From assembly GCA_016188835.1 (NCBI GenBank), contig JACPHB010000014.1, forward strand, positions 1 through 52,836: a stretch of DNA of 52,836 nt, read 5' to 3'. Below the pieces are notes generated by a model that was given only the letters and a program-made list of their open reading frames with translations, did no database searches and was not told the origin of the DNA. How positions within the stretch are numbered: the first letter of the stretch is position 1; every line of letters begins with the position of its first letter. A program made the translations under genes and the position numbers. This DNA is from Parcubacteria group bacterium (lineage in GTDB: Bacteria; Patescibacteriota; Minisyncoccia; UBA10092). Shown here in pieces: positions 19,481 to 29,209 of this stretch.

Positions 19481-19651
19481 ATGGAACCATACCGCGAACG
19501 TGTGGCGGACGTCATTCGAGATGAACTTAACAATCAAGGCCTTTTAATTAGTGAATTACCAAGAAGGGTACAAGAAGCTTTAAATAATATCGAGATTCGA
19601 CTCGCAACCGACCTTGAGGAACTATATAAGGCTAAGAATCGACCCAGCTAA
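19481..19651 (+). CDS. 56-aa hypothetical protein (not in the ORF track)
   Basis: GGAGGTG RBS, promoter and terminator; MEPYRERVADVIRDELNNQGLLISELPRRVQEALNNIEIRLATDLEELYKAKNRPS. Confidence 0.75.
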   Translation: MEPYRERVADVIRDELNNQGLLISELPRRVQEALNNIEIRLATDLEELYKAKNRPS

Positions 19652-19660
19652 TCTGGGTAG

Positions 19661-19692
19661 ACCCGCCAAAAACACCGGCGGGTTTTATTTTT
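19661..19692 (+). terminator. Intrinsic terminator
   Basis: acccgcc-N9-ggcgggt followed by a T-rich run. Confidence 0.75.
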
Positions 19693-22223
19693 TAATTTTC
19701 AAACAAAACTTTTTTAAGGTATTGGCCGGTATAGGAATTTTTGTTTTTTGCGACTTCTTCCGGAGTGCCGTAAGCGACAACCTTGCCGCCTTTGTCACCT
19801 CCTTCGGGCCCTAAATCGATAATGTAATCCGCGCACTTTATAACGTGCAAATTGTGTTCAATGACTACAACCGTATTGCCTCTTTTTACAAGTTCGTCTA
19901 AAACTTTCAAAAGCATTTTAATATCTTCAAAGTGAAGCCCCGTTGTTGGTTCATCCAAAAGAAAAAGCGAACGTCGATGCATTGGCCGAGCCAAATGTTT
20001 CGCCAGTTTAATTCTCTGTGCTTCGCCTCCGGAAAGCGTTGTTGCCGATTGTCCAAGTTTAATATATCCCAAACCTACTTGGTTTAAAACTTTAAGCTTG
20101 TCAGCAATTGTATAAATATCTTCAAAAATTTTTAACGCTTCTTCAACGGTCATATCCAAAATTCCGAAAATATTTTTATTTTTATATTTTACCTCAAGCG
20201 TTTCATTGTTAAATCTTTTTCCGCGGCAAACGTCGCAAGTTACTAAAACAGGCGGTAAAAAATGCATTTCGATCAGTTTATGACCAGCTCCCTCACAGGA
20301 TTCGCACCGCCCACCCGGACGGTTAAACGAAAAACGCGAAATTCCATATCCTTTTTCCTTGGCTTCCGGCAGTGAAGCGAACAGGTCGCGAATAGGTGAA
20401 AAAACTCCAGTGTAAGTCGCCGGATTTGAACGCGGCGTCCGGCCGATCGGCGATTGATCTACCTCTATAATACTGTCAAGATATTCAAACCCTAAAACTT
20501 TCGCGACTCCTTCAGTTTCTTTATTAATATGGTCAATCCCCCTTCTTGTGCATTTTTTTAATATGTCAAAAACTAAGGTTGATTTTCCACTACCCGATAC
20601 GCCGGTAACGCAAATTAATCGCCTTAACGGAATATCAATATTTATATTTTTTAAATTATTTGCCGTTGCGCCGATTATTTTTATTTTCTCGTGTGAACTT
20701 TTTCTTCTCAATTCCGGAATTTCAATTTTTTCCTCGTCTTTAAGATATTTTAATGTCAGAGAATTGGTTTTGTAATTTTTTTTAAGCAAGATATTAGTTT
20801 CATCGGCAACAACCACTTCACCGCCATGTCGCCCTGGTCCTGGCCCCAAATCAACAAAGTAATCGGAATCTCTTATCGTTTTTTCATCGTGTTCAACAAC
20901 AATAACCGTATTGCCCATATCTCTTAAATCCTTTAAAGTTTTAAGAAGCCGTTCGTTATCTCTTTCATGAAGGCCGATAGTCGGCTCATCCAAAACATAC
21001 AGCGTCCCGGAAAGTTTTGAACCGATCTGCGATGCGAGGCGAATCCTTTGCGACTCCCCACCCGATAAACTACCGGCCTCGCGGCTTAAAGCGATATAAT
21101 CAAGGCCCACTTCAAGCAAAAAACCTAAACGAGAAATTATTTCTTTCAAAACCGTTTTGGCAATCTCTTTTTCATTTGCTTTCAGCTTGTCTTCCAGCTC
21201 AACAAAAAATTCATAGGCCTTATCAATGGTTAAATCCGCCGTTTCAGCTATATTTTTACCCTTTACTTTAACGGATAAAGATTCTTTTTTAAGCCGTTTA
21301 CCATTACAAACAGAGCAAAGTTCTTCGCTGTATATGAATTCCCGTCCGAGGCCGTGGCAATTTTCGCAAGCGCCATATGGACTGTTGAAAGAAAAAAGCC
21401 GCGGTTCTATTTCCTGAAATGAAAAATCGTCTTTAGTGCAAGACCATTTTGAAGACAAAAGTAGTTCCCTGCCTCCATCCCGCCCTTTAGGGCGAGGCTC
21501 GCCCCCATCGGGGGCGGCAAAAATAGCACCAACCAATCCTTCGCCATATTCAAGAGCCGTATCAACCGCTTCGGCAACACGAGAAACATCATCCGGCAAA
21601 ACTTTATCTACTACCAAATCAATATTGTGATTTTTATATCGGGATAAGTTTATTCTGTCGTGAAGAGAATGGAATTTACCGTCAATCCGCGCTTTAGAAA
21701 ACCCGTCTGAAAGAAAATTATAAAGCAATTGGTAATATTCGCCTTTCCGGCCGCGAACAACCGGCGCCAATATGGTAATAGGTTTTCCATCGGCCAGTTC
21801 AATAATAGTATCAATCATTTCTTGTGGAGAAAGCTTTTTAATTTCGCCACCGCAATTAGGACAAAATGGTTTTCCTATTCGCGCGAATAAGACCCGCATA
21901 TAATCGTAAATTTCGGTAAGCGTGGCCACAGTGGAACGCGGATTATGCGAATGCCCTTTTTGGTCAATGGCGATAGCCGGAGATAAACCGGTGATTTCTT
22001 CAACGTCGGGCGCGTCCATTTGGCCCAAAAACTGTCGCGCGTAAGGTGAAAGCGATTCCACGTAGCGCCTTTGGCCTTCGGCAAAAATCGTGTCAAACGC
22101 AAGTGACGATTTGCCACTTCCGGAGACACCTGTAAAAACTATTAATTTGTTTTTTGGCAGTTCAAGATCAATATTTTTTAGATTATGAACCTTGGCTCCT
22201 TTTATTATTATTTTATCCTTCAT
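19692..22223 (-). CDS. uvrA: Excinuclease ABC subunit A (lacks insertion domain)
   Basis: Two Walker A motifs (GVSGSGKS), LSGGE signatures, zinc-finger Cys pairs. Confidence 0.97.
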   Translation of the reverse strand: MKDKIIIKGAKVHNLKNIDLELPKNKLIVFTGVSGSGKSSLAFDTIFAEGQRRYVESLSPYARQFLGQMDAPDVEEITGLSPAIAIDQKGHSHNPRSTVATLTEIYDYMRVLFARIGKPFCPNCGGEIKKLSPQEMIDTIIELADGKPITILAPVVRGRKGEYYQLLYNFLSDGFSKARIDGKFHSLHDRINLSRYKNHNIDLVVDKVLPDDVSRVAEAVDTALEYGEGLVGAIFAAPDGGEPRPKGRDGGRELLLSSKWSCTKDDFSFQEIEPRLFSFNSPYGACENCHGLGREFIYSEELCSVCNGKRLKKESLSVKVKGKNIAETADLTIDKAYEFFVELEDKLKANEKEIAKTVLKEIISRLGFLLEVGLDYIALSREAGSLSGGESQRIRLASQIGSKLSGTLYVLDEPTIGLHERDNERLLKTLKDLRDMGNTVIVVEHDEKTIRDSDYFVDLGPGPGRHGGEVVVADETNILLKKNYKTNSLTLKYLKDEEKIEIPELRRKSSHEKIKIIGATANNLKNINIDIPLRRLICVTGVSGSGKSTLVFDILKKCTRRGIDHINKETEGVAKVLGFEYLDSIIEVDQSPIGRTPRSNPATYTGVFSPIRDLFASLPEAKEKGYGISRFSFNRPGGRCESCEGAGHKLIEMHFLPPVLVTCDVCRGKRFNNETLEVKYKNKNIFGILDMTVEEALKIFEDIYTIADKLKVLNQVGLGYIKLGQSATTLSGGEAQRIKLAKHLARPMHRRSLFLLDEPTTGLHFEDIKMLLKVLDELVKRGNTVVVIEHNLHVIKCADYIIDLGPEGGDKGGKVVAYGTPEEVAKNKNSYTGQYLKKVLFEN
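21470..21519. repeat. In-frame double-hairpin element in uvrA
   Basis: cgccc-ttta-gggcg aggct cgccccc-atc-gggggcg; encodes AAPDGGEPRPKGRDGG. Confidence 0.9.
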
Positions 22224-22237
22224 TTTATTAATTTAAG

Positions 22238-22246
22238 TTATCCACA
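22238..22246 (+). promoter_or_regulatory. DnaA box
   Basis: Perfect TTATCCACA in the uvrB-uvrA gap. Confidence 0.55.
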
Positions 22247-22259
22247 TCTTATTCACTTT

Positions 22260-24079
22260 TCATTCGGAGTCGGACTCCGAATCCGAGTTACTGATAAACG
22301 CCCGAATATCTTTAGTTATGGATTTCGGAGTAATGCCGTGTTTTTTATTGTAAGCCAGTTGAATATTCCGGCGGTAATTAGTTTGTCTTATCGCCTCTTC
22401 AAGTGAACCGGTTAAATTGTCAGCATATAAAATTACTTTGCCATTAATGTTTCTGGCGGCCCGGCCCATTGTTTGGATAAGCGAAACATCAGAGCGCAAA
22501 AATCCCTCTTTATCGGCATCTAAAATTGCTACAAGCGATACTTCCGGCAAGTCCAAACCCTCGCGCAATAAATTAATGCCGACCAAAACATCAAAATCGC
22601 CTTTTCTGAAATCGGTCAAAATTTGAGCGCGCTCTAGAGTTTTTATATCACTGTGGAGATATTTTGCTTTAATGCCGCGCGTGAGTAAAAATTCACTGAG
22701 TTCTTCTGACATTTTTTTGGTAAGTGTAAGCGCCAGGACTCTTTCCTTTAAAACAACGCGTTTTAAAATTTCTTTCACTAAATCATCAATTTGACTTATT
22801 TGAGTTTTCTTATCAAAAATAGAACGAACTTCAACTTCGGGGTCAATTAGCCCCGTTGGCCTGATAATCGCTTCAATAACTTTTTTAGAATTTTCAAACT
22901 CAAAATCACCCGGAGTCGCCGATGTAAAAATTATCTGGCCGGTGCGCTCTTTAAACTCTTTAAAATTAAGCGGGCGATTGTCTAAAGCGCTTGGCAACCT
23001 AAAGCCATGCTGAACTAAAACCTGTTTGCGGCTTTGGTCGCCCTCGTACATCCCCCGAATCTGCGGTACGGCAATATGTGATTCATCAATAATAGTTAAG
23101 AATTCATTAGGCGCGCCAAAATACTCCAAAAGCGTTGACGGCGATTCTCCGGGCAATTTTCCGACTAAATGGCGGGAATAATTTTCAACTCCATGGCAAT
23201 AGCCGATAGTTTTTATCATTTCTAAATCATATTTAGTGCGCCTTTCAAGACGCTCTGCTTCAAGCAAGAGTTCGGATTTCGTAAGATACAATAATCTTTC
23301 CTTAAGTTCTGCCTTAATTTCTTTCATCGCCCGCTCTCGTTCCGGTTCAGTAGAAATAAAATGCTTTGGCGGAAAAATAATTAACTCCTTTTCCGGAATA
23401 AACTTATTACCCTCTTTATCAAAATAATTAATAAGCGCTATATTGCCGACTTTCTGCTCTTTAAGCTCGATGCGGTAAATAATTTCTTCACTAGCGGGCA
23501 TTATCTCAAAAACATCGCCTCTTACCCTAAACGTGCCGCGCTTTAGCGACAGGCGCGTTCTTTCAAAATGTATTTTTACGAGTTGACGAATCAGGTCGCC
23601 GCGGGTAATTGGCTTATCAATATGCAATTTAAGAGTGGCGCCAAAATATGTTTCAGGGATCCCAAGATTATAAATACAAGAAACGGAAGCGACAATAATA
23701 ACGTCTTTACGGGTCATTAGGGCGCTCGTGGCAAAATGGCGCAGGCGGTCGATTTCATCGTTAATCATCGCTTCTTTATCTATATAAGTATCGGTTACGG
23801 GAATATAGGCCTCGGGCTGGTAGTAATCATAGTAAGAAACAAAATAGCAAACTTTATTTTTTATAATTGAGCCGCTAGAGTTTTATTTGGCGCGATAATG
23901 AGTGTCGGCTTGCCGATTTTTTCTATGACATTTGCCATAATAAATGTCTTACCGCTTCCGGTAACGCCTTGTAGCGTCTGATAGCGATTTCTAGTTTTAA
24001 TACTTTTAATAATTTCTTTTATGGCTTTTGGCTGGTCGCCCGCCGGTTTGAATTGTGATACGAGTTTAAATTTTGACAT
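22260..24079 (-). pseudogene. uvrB: uvrB split by a ~25-bp frameshifting deletion near 23861 (real lesion or assembly error)
   Basis: The 5' part has [12 protein letters not shown] and NKTLAAQL*. The other frame resumes KNKVCYFVSYYDYYQPEAY... The conserved Y-x-EFK-x-FFP segment is absent. Confidence 0.85.
22262..22282. repeat. Palindrome forming the uvrB C-terminus
   Basis: attcggagtc-g-gactccgaat; encodes DSESDSE. Confidence 0.75.
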
Positions 24080-24171
24080 ATATAGCCAAACGCCCCAGTT
24101 TTAAAACACTGGGGGATAATTGATTTATTTAATTAGTTTATATTTTAATCTAATTTAACAAAAAAGTCAAT

Positions 24172-24194
24172 AAAAAAATCCCGCAAAGCGGGAT
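24172..24194 (-). terminator. Intrinsic terminator
   Basis: atcccgc-aaa-gcgggat with a T-run on the minus strand. Confidence 0.75.
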
Positions 24195-24208
24195 AAGAAA
24201 AATTAATT

Positions 24209-24745
24209 TTAGCTTGGTTTCCTTGGGCCATTAACTCCTGAAACCCCACAATCTACCCAGTACACTTCGGAAGTATTAACTTTAATTTCTGGCATTACAA
24301 TTAGATACTTGTCGCAATCATAAGTCTGCATTCCTGCTTCTCTGATCAATTTATCAAAAAAACCTCCAAGTCCTCTTATCGTAACAAAACCGTAACCGTA
24401 ATCAATGTTTATAAGCAAACAATCAGCAAATGGAGAAATTTTTTTAAGCGCCCTAAAATAATAAGAATCTCTAATTTCAAAAAGGAATTTTGCCCATTCC
24501 GACTTTCTAATAGTTTCATCTTTTGCAGTTAATTTGGTCAGATAGTTTTCCGCGCTTTTCTTTAAATTGGTTTTTCCACCCCAATATCCACCACGAACTT
24601 CATCAACTGCTTCTGCCGCTTTTATAGCGGCTGTAAAAGTATCCTGACTAACGCTCTCAATATAATTCTTTACTGTAATTAGAAACTTTTCAAAAAGCGC
24701 TCCGCGCTGTTCGTCTCTTGCAATATCAGTTAATGCATCGCTCAT
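24209..24745 (-). CDS. Hypothetical protein (ORFan cassette)
   Basis: GGAGGT RBS, TTGACA promoter and terminator; no recognised family. Confidence 0.7.
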   Translation of the reverse strand: MSDALTDIARDEQRGALFEKFLITVKNYIESVSQDTFTAAIKAAEAVDEVRGGYWGGKTNLKKSAENYLTKLTAKDETIRKSEWAKFLFEIRDSYYFRALKKISPFADCLLINIDYGYGFVTIRGLGGFFDKLIREAGMQTYDCDKYLIVMPEIKVNTSEVYWVDCGVSGVNGPRKPS

Positions 24746-24864
24746 TTTTGACCTCCGATTACATATTTATAAAAAGAACAAAAATCTGAGTGGCTATAAA
24801 TTAACATAGATTTATAAACTATGTCAATGGTAAAATTTTTAAGAAATATCTATAATAATGCTGT

Positions 24865-25464
24865 ATGGAAAACCGCACCGAACAAATGCGAAAAATAAAA
24901 GACGAAATTGTGGCGGCAAAAGATTCGCCGCTTTATGGCTATCGCATAAAAAACAAATATTTTCCGGTTATTGGTGAAGGCAGATATAGCGCAAAAATAA
25001 TGTTCATTGGCGAGGCGCCGGGAAGAAATGAGGCGGAAACCGGCCGGCCATTTTGCGGCGCTTCGGGAAGAATTTTGGACGAACTTTTAGCTTCAATAGG
25101 TATAGATCGTAAAGAGGTTTACATAACCAATATTGTTAAAGACCGGCCGCCGGAAAACTGTGATCCCAACCCAAACGAAATAGAATTTTACGCCCCGTTT
25201 TTGGATAGGCAGATTGAAATAATCAAACCGGAAGTTATCGCTACCTTGGGACGTTTTTCAATGGCTTACATAATGAAAAAGTTCGGATTGGAATCCGAAT
25301 TAAAATCAATAAGTATAATCCACGGCAAGGTTTTTTCCGCCGCCACTTCTTACGGCAATGTTAAAATAATTCCCTTGTACCACCCCGCCGTCGCCGTCTA
25401 CGGCACCAATAAAGAAATTCTAAAAAAGGATTTTAAGGCCTTATCTGGATTGATTGGGCAGTAA
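24865..25464 (+). CDS. udg: Uracil-DNA glycosylase family 4
   Basis: FIGEAPG, GRPFCGASG, YITNIVK-RPP-N, LYHPA. Confidence 0.93.
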   Translation: MENRTEQMRKIKDEIVAAKDSPLYGYRIKNKYFPVIGEGRYSAKIMFIGEAPGRNEAETGRPFCGASGRILDELLASIGIDRKEVYITNIVKDRPPENCDPNPNEIEFYAPFLDRQIEIIKPEVIATLGRFSMAYIMKKFGLESELKSISIIHGKVFSAATSYGNVKIIPLYHPAVAVYGTNKEILKKDFKALSGLIGQ

Positions 25465-25475
25465 TACTATCATTC

Positions 25476-25979
25476 TCATTTTATACCAAGTAATTCCACT
25501 TCAAAAATCAGAGTGGCGTTTGGCGGGATAACGCCGCCGGCGCCGCGCGAGCCATACGCCAAATCAGGCGGAATCGTAAGTTTTCTTTTCTCGCCAACTT
25601 TCATTCCTGAAACTCCGATATCCCAGCCCTTTATTACCTGTCCTGCGCCCAAAGTAAACTCAAAAGGAATACCCCGATCAACGCTGGAATCAAACTTCAT
25701 CCCATTTTCCAAAACGCCGGTATAGTGGACGGCAACCGTGTTGCCGTTTTTAACTTCCCGCCCAGCATCTGGGCGAGGCTCGCCCCCATTTGGGGCGGCA
25801 ATGCCCGCTCCTTCTTTTAGTATTTCAATTAGCACTCCGTTTTTAACAAATTTAGCCATATTTGGTAAATTATTAATTTTATCCGATTGCGACTCTTGAT
25901 TTTTATTATAAACAATAAAAAACCCGACAACTCCGATTACAACAAATGCTGCTAAACCTATAATGATATTTTTACTCAT
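25476..25979 (-). CDS. FKBP-type peptidyl-prolyl isomerase with N-terminal TM
   Basis: [32 protein letters not shown]. Confidence 0.95.
   Translation of the reverse strand: MSKNIIIGLAAFVVIGVVGFFIVYNKNQESQSDKINNLPNMAKFVKNGVLIEILKEGAGIAAPNGGEPRPDAGREVKNGNTVAVHYTGVLENGMKFDSSVDRGIPFEFTLGAGQVIKGWDIGVSGMKVGEKRKLTIPPDLAYGSRGAGGVIPPNATLIFEVELLGIK
25756..25800. repeat. In-frame double-hairpin element in FKBP
   Basis: cgcccag-cat-ctgggcg aggct cgcccc-cattt-ggggcg; encodes [14 protein letters not shown]. Confidence 0.9.
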
Positions 25980-26114
25980 TAATTTATTTTATTATAACTT
26001 TTTTAAAACAGCGTCGCAATCGGTCTCTTTCGTTTTATAAAACTCTCAGCGTAAACATTCAAATCCCCCTCAAATGTTCCCGCAAATGAAAATAAAGAGA
26101 GCGATGTTCTGCCA

Positions 26115-26483
26115 TTACACGCTCTCCAATTGGGAAAGTTTTATTTTGAGACGCTCGAGTTCAGCAAAACCCCCTGGCATCCCTTCGCTCGCGAACATTT
26201 CCATTTCGGCAATAGATTCCTGAATTTGCGCAATCCGCGCTGCTTGAATCTTCTTCTCTAACGCGATATCTTGAAATAAACCACGGGACGGTCTTCGTGT
26301 CTCGGCGCTTTTCTTAAAAACCATATGTTTAACGCTTCCATCCCAAAATTGATTTTCCGATGATCCTTCCGTTGATCCGCTTCTTCCGATTTTATGCCAA
26401 TCTCTGGCAACACTAACCAATCGCCCTTCTCTGGCAAGCGTGCCGTGGGTCTTAATATCTTTTATTCCCCTAATGCGTCTCAT
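26115..26483 (-). CDS. Hypothetical protein with C-terminal coiled coil
   Basis: 122-aa ORF with an AAGG RBS and an upstream -10 box. Confidence 0.6.
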   Translation of the reverse strand: MRRIRGIKDIKTHGTLAREGRLVSVARDWHKIGRSGSTEGSSENQFWDGSVKHMVFKKSAETRRPSRGLFQDIALEKKIQAARIAQIQESIAEMEMFASEGMPGGFAELERLKIKLSQLESV

Positions 26484-26610
26484 GGCGCGCCTTTCTTGTT
26501 AAGGATTTTTTAAACTTTAAAATTATATTATCACAAAACAATAGAAAAATCAAACGATTTTATACTCCAAAAATCCCCCGCAAAAATTCAAATCCGGCCG
26601 GAAAAGCCAA

Positions 26611-26633
26611 ACCCCGCCGCATAGCGGCGGGGT
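26611..26633. terminator. GC hairpin after the endonuclease gene (terminator or REP-like)
   Basis: accccgccgc-ata-gcggcggggt. Confidence 0.55.
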
Positions 26634-26637
26634 GAAT

Positions 26638-27315
26638 TTAATTTTTCTGTAATTTTTTAATAGTGGTAACAACATTCTTCTCAAGTCTTTTTCTTTGGGA
26701 ATGAGAAAAATAGTTCAACTCTGTATCTTTTGAGATTTTTTCCTGATCGTATGCCCGTCGAACATATGGCATAAAACCTCTTTTCTCCGCATCAGGAATT
26801 TTTTCTTTGGCAAATTTTTTAAAGTTTTTTTCTTCCGCTTTTATTTCTTCAAAAAAATTTATAAGAGCGGCTCTTCTTTTTTTATTTAGTACATCACAAC
26901 CCAAAAAGAAAGTAATATCCCCCTTCTTATAAGAACCGAAAATATATATTCCATTTGCCCTTGGTATGCCACTATTCCAAATCGGTCTCGTTTGGCTCTC
27001 TTTTGAATATTTTATTTCAACCGGAATAATATACTTTCCGGTAAAAACCATAAAATCGGGATAATTTTGAGAACCAAATGGTCCACGAATGAATGACATT
27101 TGATATTTCTTAAAACCTAAGAAATCGGCATTTTGTTTTTGTACGATAAAATTTTTAATAATACGAAAATCATCCGCAGAAATATCGCGCTTTAATATTG
27201 GCGAATAACCAGCTGAACGAAGCCCGCGCTCAAACCTATCTTCAAAATGCTCACCCGTTTCAGCTCGCAAATAATCCGCCTTGTGCTTTATTATATCTTC
27301 GAAAATACTCAGCAT
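26638..27315 (-). CDS. Putative PD-(D/E)xK restriction endonuclease
   Basis: SQNYPDF...VEIKYSK...PIWNSGIP; overlaps the methyltransferase gene. Confidence 0.75.
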   Translation of the reverse strand: MLSIFEDIIKHKADYLRAETGEHFEDRFERGLRSAGYSPILKRDISADDFRIIKNFIVQKQNADFLGFKKYQMSFIRGPFGSQNYPDFMVFTGKYIIPVEIKYSKESQTRPIWNSGIPRANGIYIFGSYKKGDITFFLGCDVLNKKRRAALINFFEEIKAEEKNFKKFAKEKIPDAEKRGFMPYVRRAYDQEKISKDTELNYFSHSQRKRLEKNVVTTIKKLQKN

Positions 27316-28156
27316 AATTTTCGTACTTCTTTATATATTCTTCTACCACATCTGCTTTGCCAAATCCAGGAACTACTGTATTCTTCTGAGCTAATTTAGT
27401 AAAATCTAGTTTTATAAGATTTTTCTTTGTTTCTTCATCACGCGCCTTAAAAAGTACCCATTGCTTATTTTTCTCAAGGCGCTGAGCATTGAATTCTCTT
27501 CTCGTATAATCTTCATATCCTTGTCTTGGGACCGCAAAGTCAAAACCATGCTGAAAAACTTTTAACGCTTCTTTCGTATTGTTATATTGATAAATTTCAA
27601 AATTAGGATGTTTAATAGGAGGAGCCGATAGTATTCGTTTATTGCGAAGCATAGTATCTTTTTTTGTCCAGATTTGGAACACGCAATTGACATCAAAATC
27701 ATTGCCATTTTCGGTAACAAATGAATTTTCGGGCAGAAATTTTTCGGCAATAAGCTTGAAACTAGAATCAAGTTTTGAATGCACTGAATACTTCTTAAAC
27801 TGTACAGGAACTATAAATCCGATTGTATGAGCAAATTCAGCTGATTTGTTGAAGAATTTGATTGCCAACTTTGCCCTTCTGCCAAATGGCGGATTGCCAA
27901 TAATTACGACGTTGTTTTTTCCTCTGCCATCGTATTGCCATTCTAAAAAATTTTGCTTTCTAATGTTTTTTCCTCTTGGTTCTATGTCTAGCCCAAGCCG
28001 TTTTTTAGGATTAAGTAGATTCAAAAAGCTACCGGAGCCCGCCGACGGTTCTACAAAAAATGGATTTCTAACATCAAGCCGCTCAAACTTTTCAAGCATA
28101 AATTTATAACACCGTTTAGCAATGACTGGCTTTGTGTAAAATTGATCAAGTTTCAT
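27260..28156 (-). CDS. Amino (N6-adenine type) DNA methyltransferase
   Basis: DQFYT, EPSAGSGSF (SAM binding), GLDIEP, IGNPPFG. Confidence 0.88.
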   Translation of the reverse strand: MKLDQFYTKPVIAKRCYKFMLEKFERLDVRNPFFVEPSAGSGSFLNLLNPKKRLGLDIEPRGKNIRKQNFLEWQYDGRGKNNVVIIGNPPFGRRAKLAIKFFNKSAEFAHTIGFIVPVQFKKYSVHSKLDSSFKLIAEKFLPENSFVTENGNDFDVNCVFQIWTKKDTMLRNKRILSAPPIKHPNFEIYQYNNTKEALKVFQHGFDFAVPRQGYEDYTRREFNAQRLEKNKQWVLFKARDEETKKNLIKLDFTKLAQKNTVVPGFGKADVVEEYIKKYENYAEYFRRYNKAQGGLFAS

Positions 28157-28231
28157 ACTTTAATTATAGCAAAAATTATCTAGTTTTTATCTAGAAAGTT
28201 ATTCACAACTTCAATTAAAATGGATACCTTT

Positions 28232-29206
28232 TTATTTTACTTTTTGGATTGGTCTGTAGAGTTCGGGATCGATTTTCCTTTCAAAGCAAGTGTATCCCTC
28301 GCCGTGCTTCCAGTTGGAATCCGCTGTTTTGGGATAATATTGCGGCGGATAGGTAGGCAGTTCAACAGAGGGCTGGCCGCTTTCCAAATTTGGCAAATTG
28401 AAATTAGCGCAAAGCGCAAATTCCAAACTACCTTTAACATTATAAACATAATCGGCGCCGGTTTGCGGATCTTTTGCAGGGTTAAAGCCGCTTATCGGAT
28501 CTTTTAAGTCGCTAAGCGTTATCGGAAGTTTTTCTTTGTTTTGCCAGTAATAAATTATTTGTCCTTGAATAATTTGAAGATCGGAAACCCGCTGGTCGTC
28601 AAAGCGGCGCAGGCGTTCGTTTTGCGGTGAGCCGACGATAAAAAATCCGGCAGCAACCGCAACTGTAACAATGGCAATAATTAAATAAATAAAAATTTTT
28701 CTTGCCATATCGGAAATTTTTAACCCTGAGCTTGTCGAACGGGTTGACCAGTTTTTAAGTTCCCAAAAATAATAAAAGAAGACGGAAGTAGCAACAAAGA
28801 AAACCGCCGCGATTTTAAGCACAAATCTTGCTGTAATATCGCCTCCTAAAAAGTTGTAAATCAGAGCCACCAAATCGCCAATAATAATTAAAGCAGCAAC
28901 AAAAACCGTAAAATTTAGAAGCCATTTTCGGATTCTTAAATTGCGCTTTTCCGGTTCGAGAGAATAAATCTTATTAAGGTAATATGCCGTCCAAATGTAA
29001 ACCGGAAAAATGACAATGAGAGAAGAAATAGACCATCTTATAGAACTGTAATAGCTTTGAAGTTGGTAAAGCCCTTGTTCTAAAATATCGGGAATTAAAA
29101 CATTAATATACTGGAAAAGCATGACTAAAAAGGCCACGGCACTCGCATAAAGCGCGATAATCGCCAAAAGATGAAGAAATACGTCTTTGGGTTCGGTTTT
29201 TGTCAT
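28232..29206 (-). CDS. DUF5671-like membrane protein
   Basis: Multiple TMs, IRKWLL, GDLVAL, GSP..R..RFD..R..DL, DPQTG..Y.Y, LCANF. Confidence 0.75.
   Translation of the reverse strand: MTKTEPKDVFLHLLAIIALYASAVAFLVMLFQYINVLIPDILEQGLYQLQSYYSSIRWSISSLIVIFPVYIWTAYYLNKIYSLEPEKRNLRIRKWLLNFTVFVAALIIIGDLVALIYNFLGGDITARFVLKIAAVFFVATSVFFYYFWELKNWSTRSTSSGLKISDMARKIFIYLIIAIVTVAVAAGFFIVGSPQNERLRRFDDQRVSDLQIIQGQIIYYWQNKEKLPITLSDLKDPISGFNPAKDPQTGADYVYNVKGSLEFALCANFNLPNLESGQPSVELPTYPPQYYPKTADSNWKHGEGYTCFERKIDPELYRPIQKVK
28722..28745. repeat. TGAGC-N-TCGAA REP-like element, in frame
   Basis: aaccc-tgagcttgtcgaac-gggtt; encodes STRSTSSGL. Confidence 0.8.
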
Positions 29207-29209
29207 ATT

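Noticed and set aside
23861-23863. Stop-codon recoding or programmed frameshift in uvrB
   Set aside because: The stop is TAA, conserved residues are physically missing, and TGA serves as a normal stop elsewhere.
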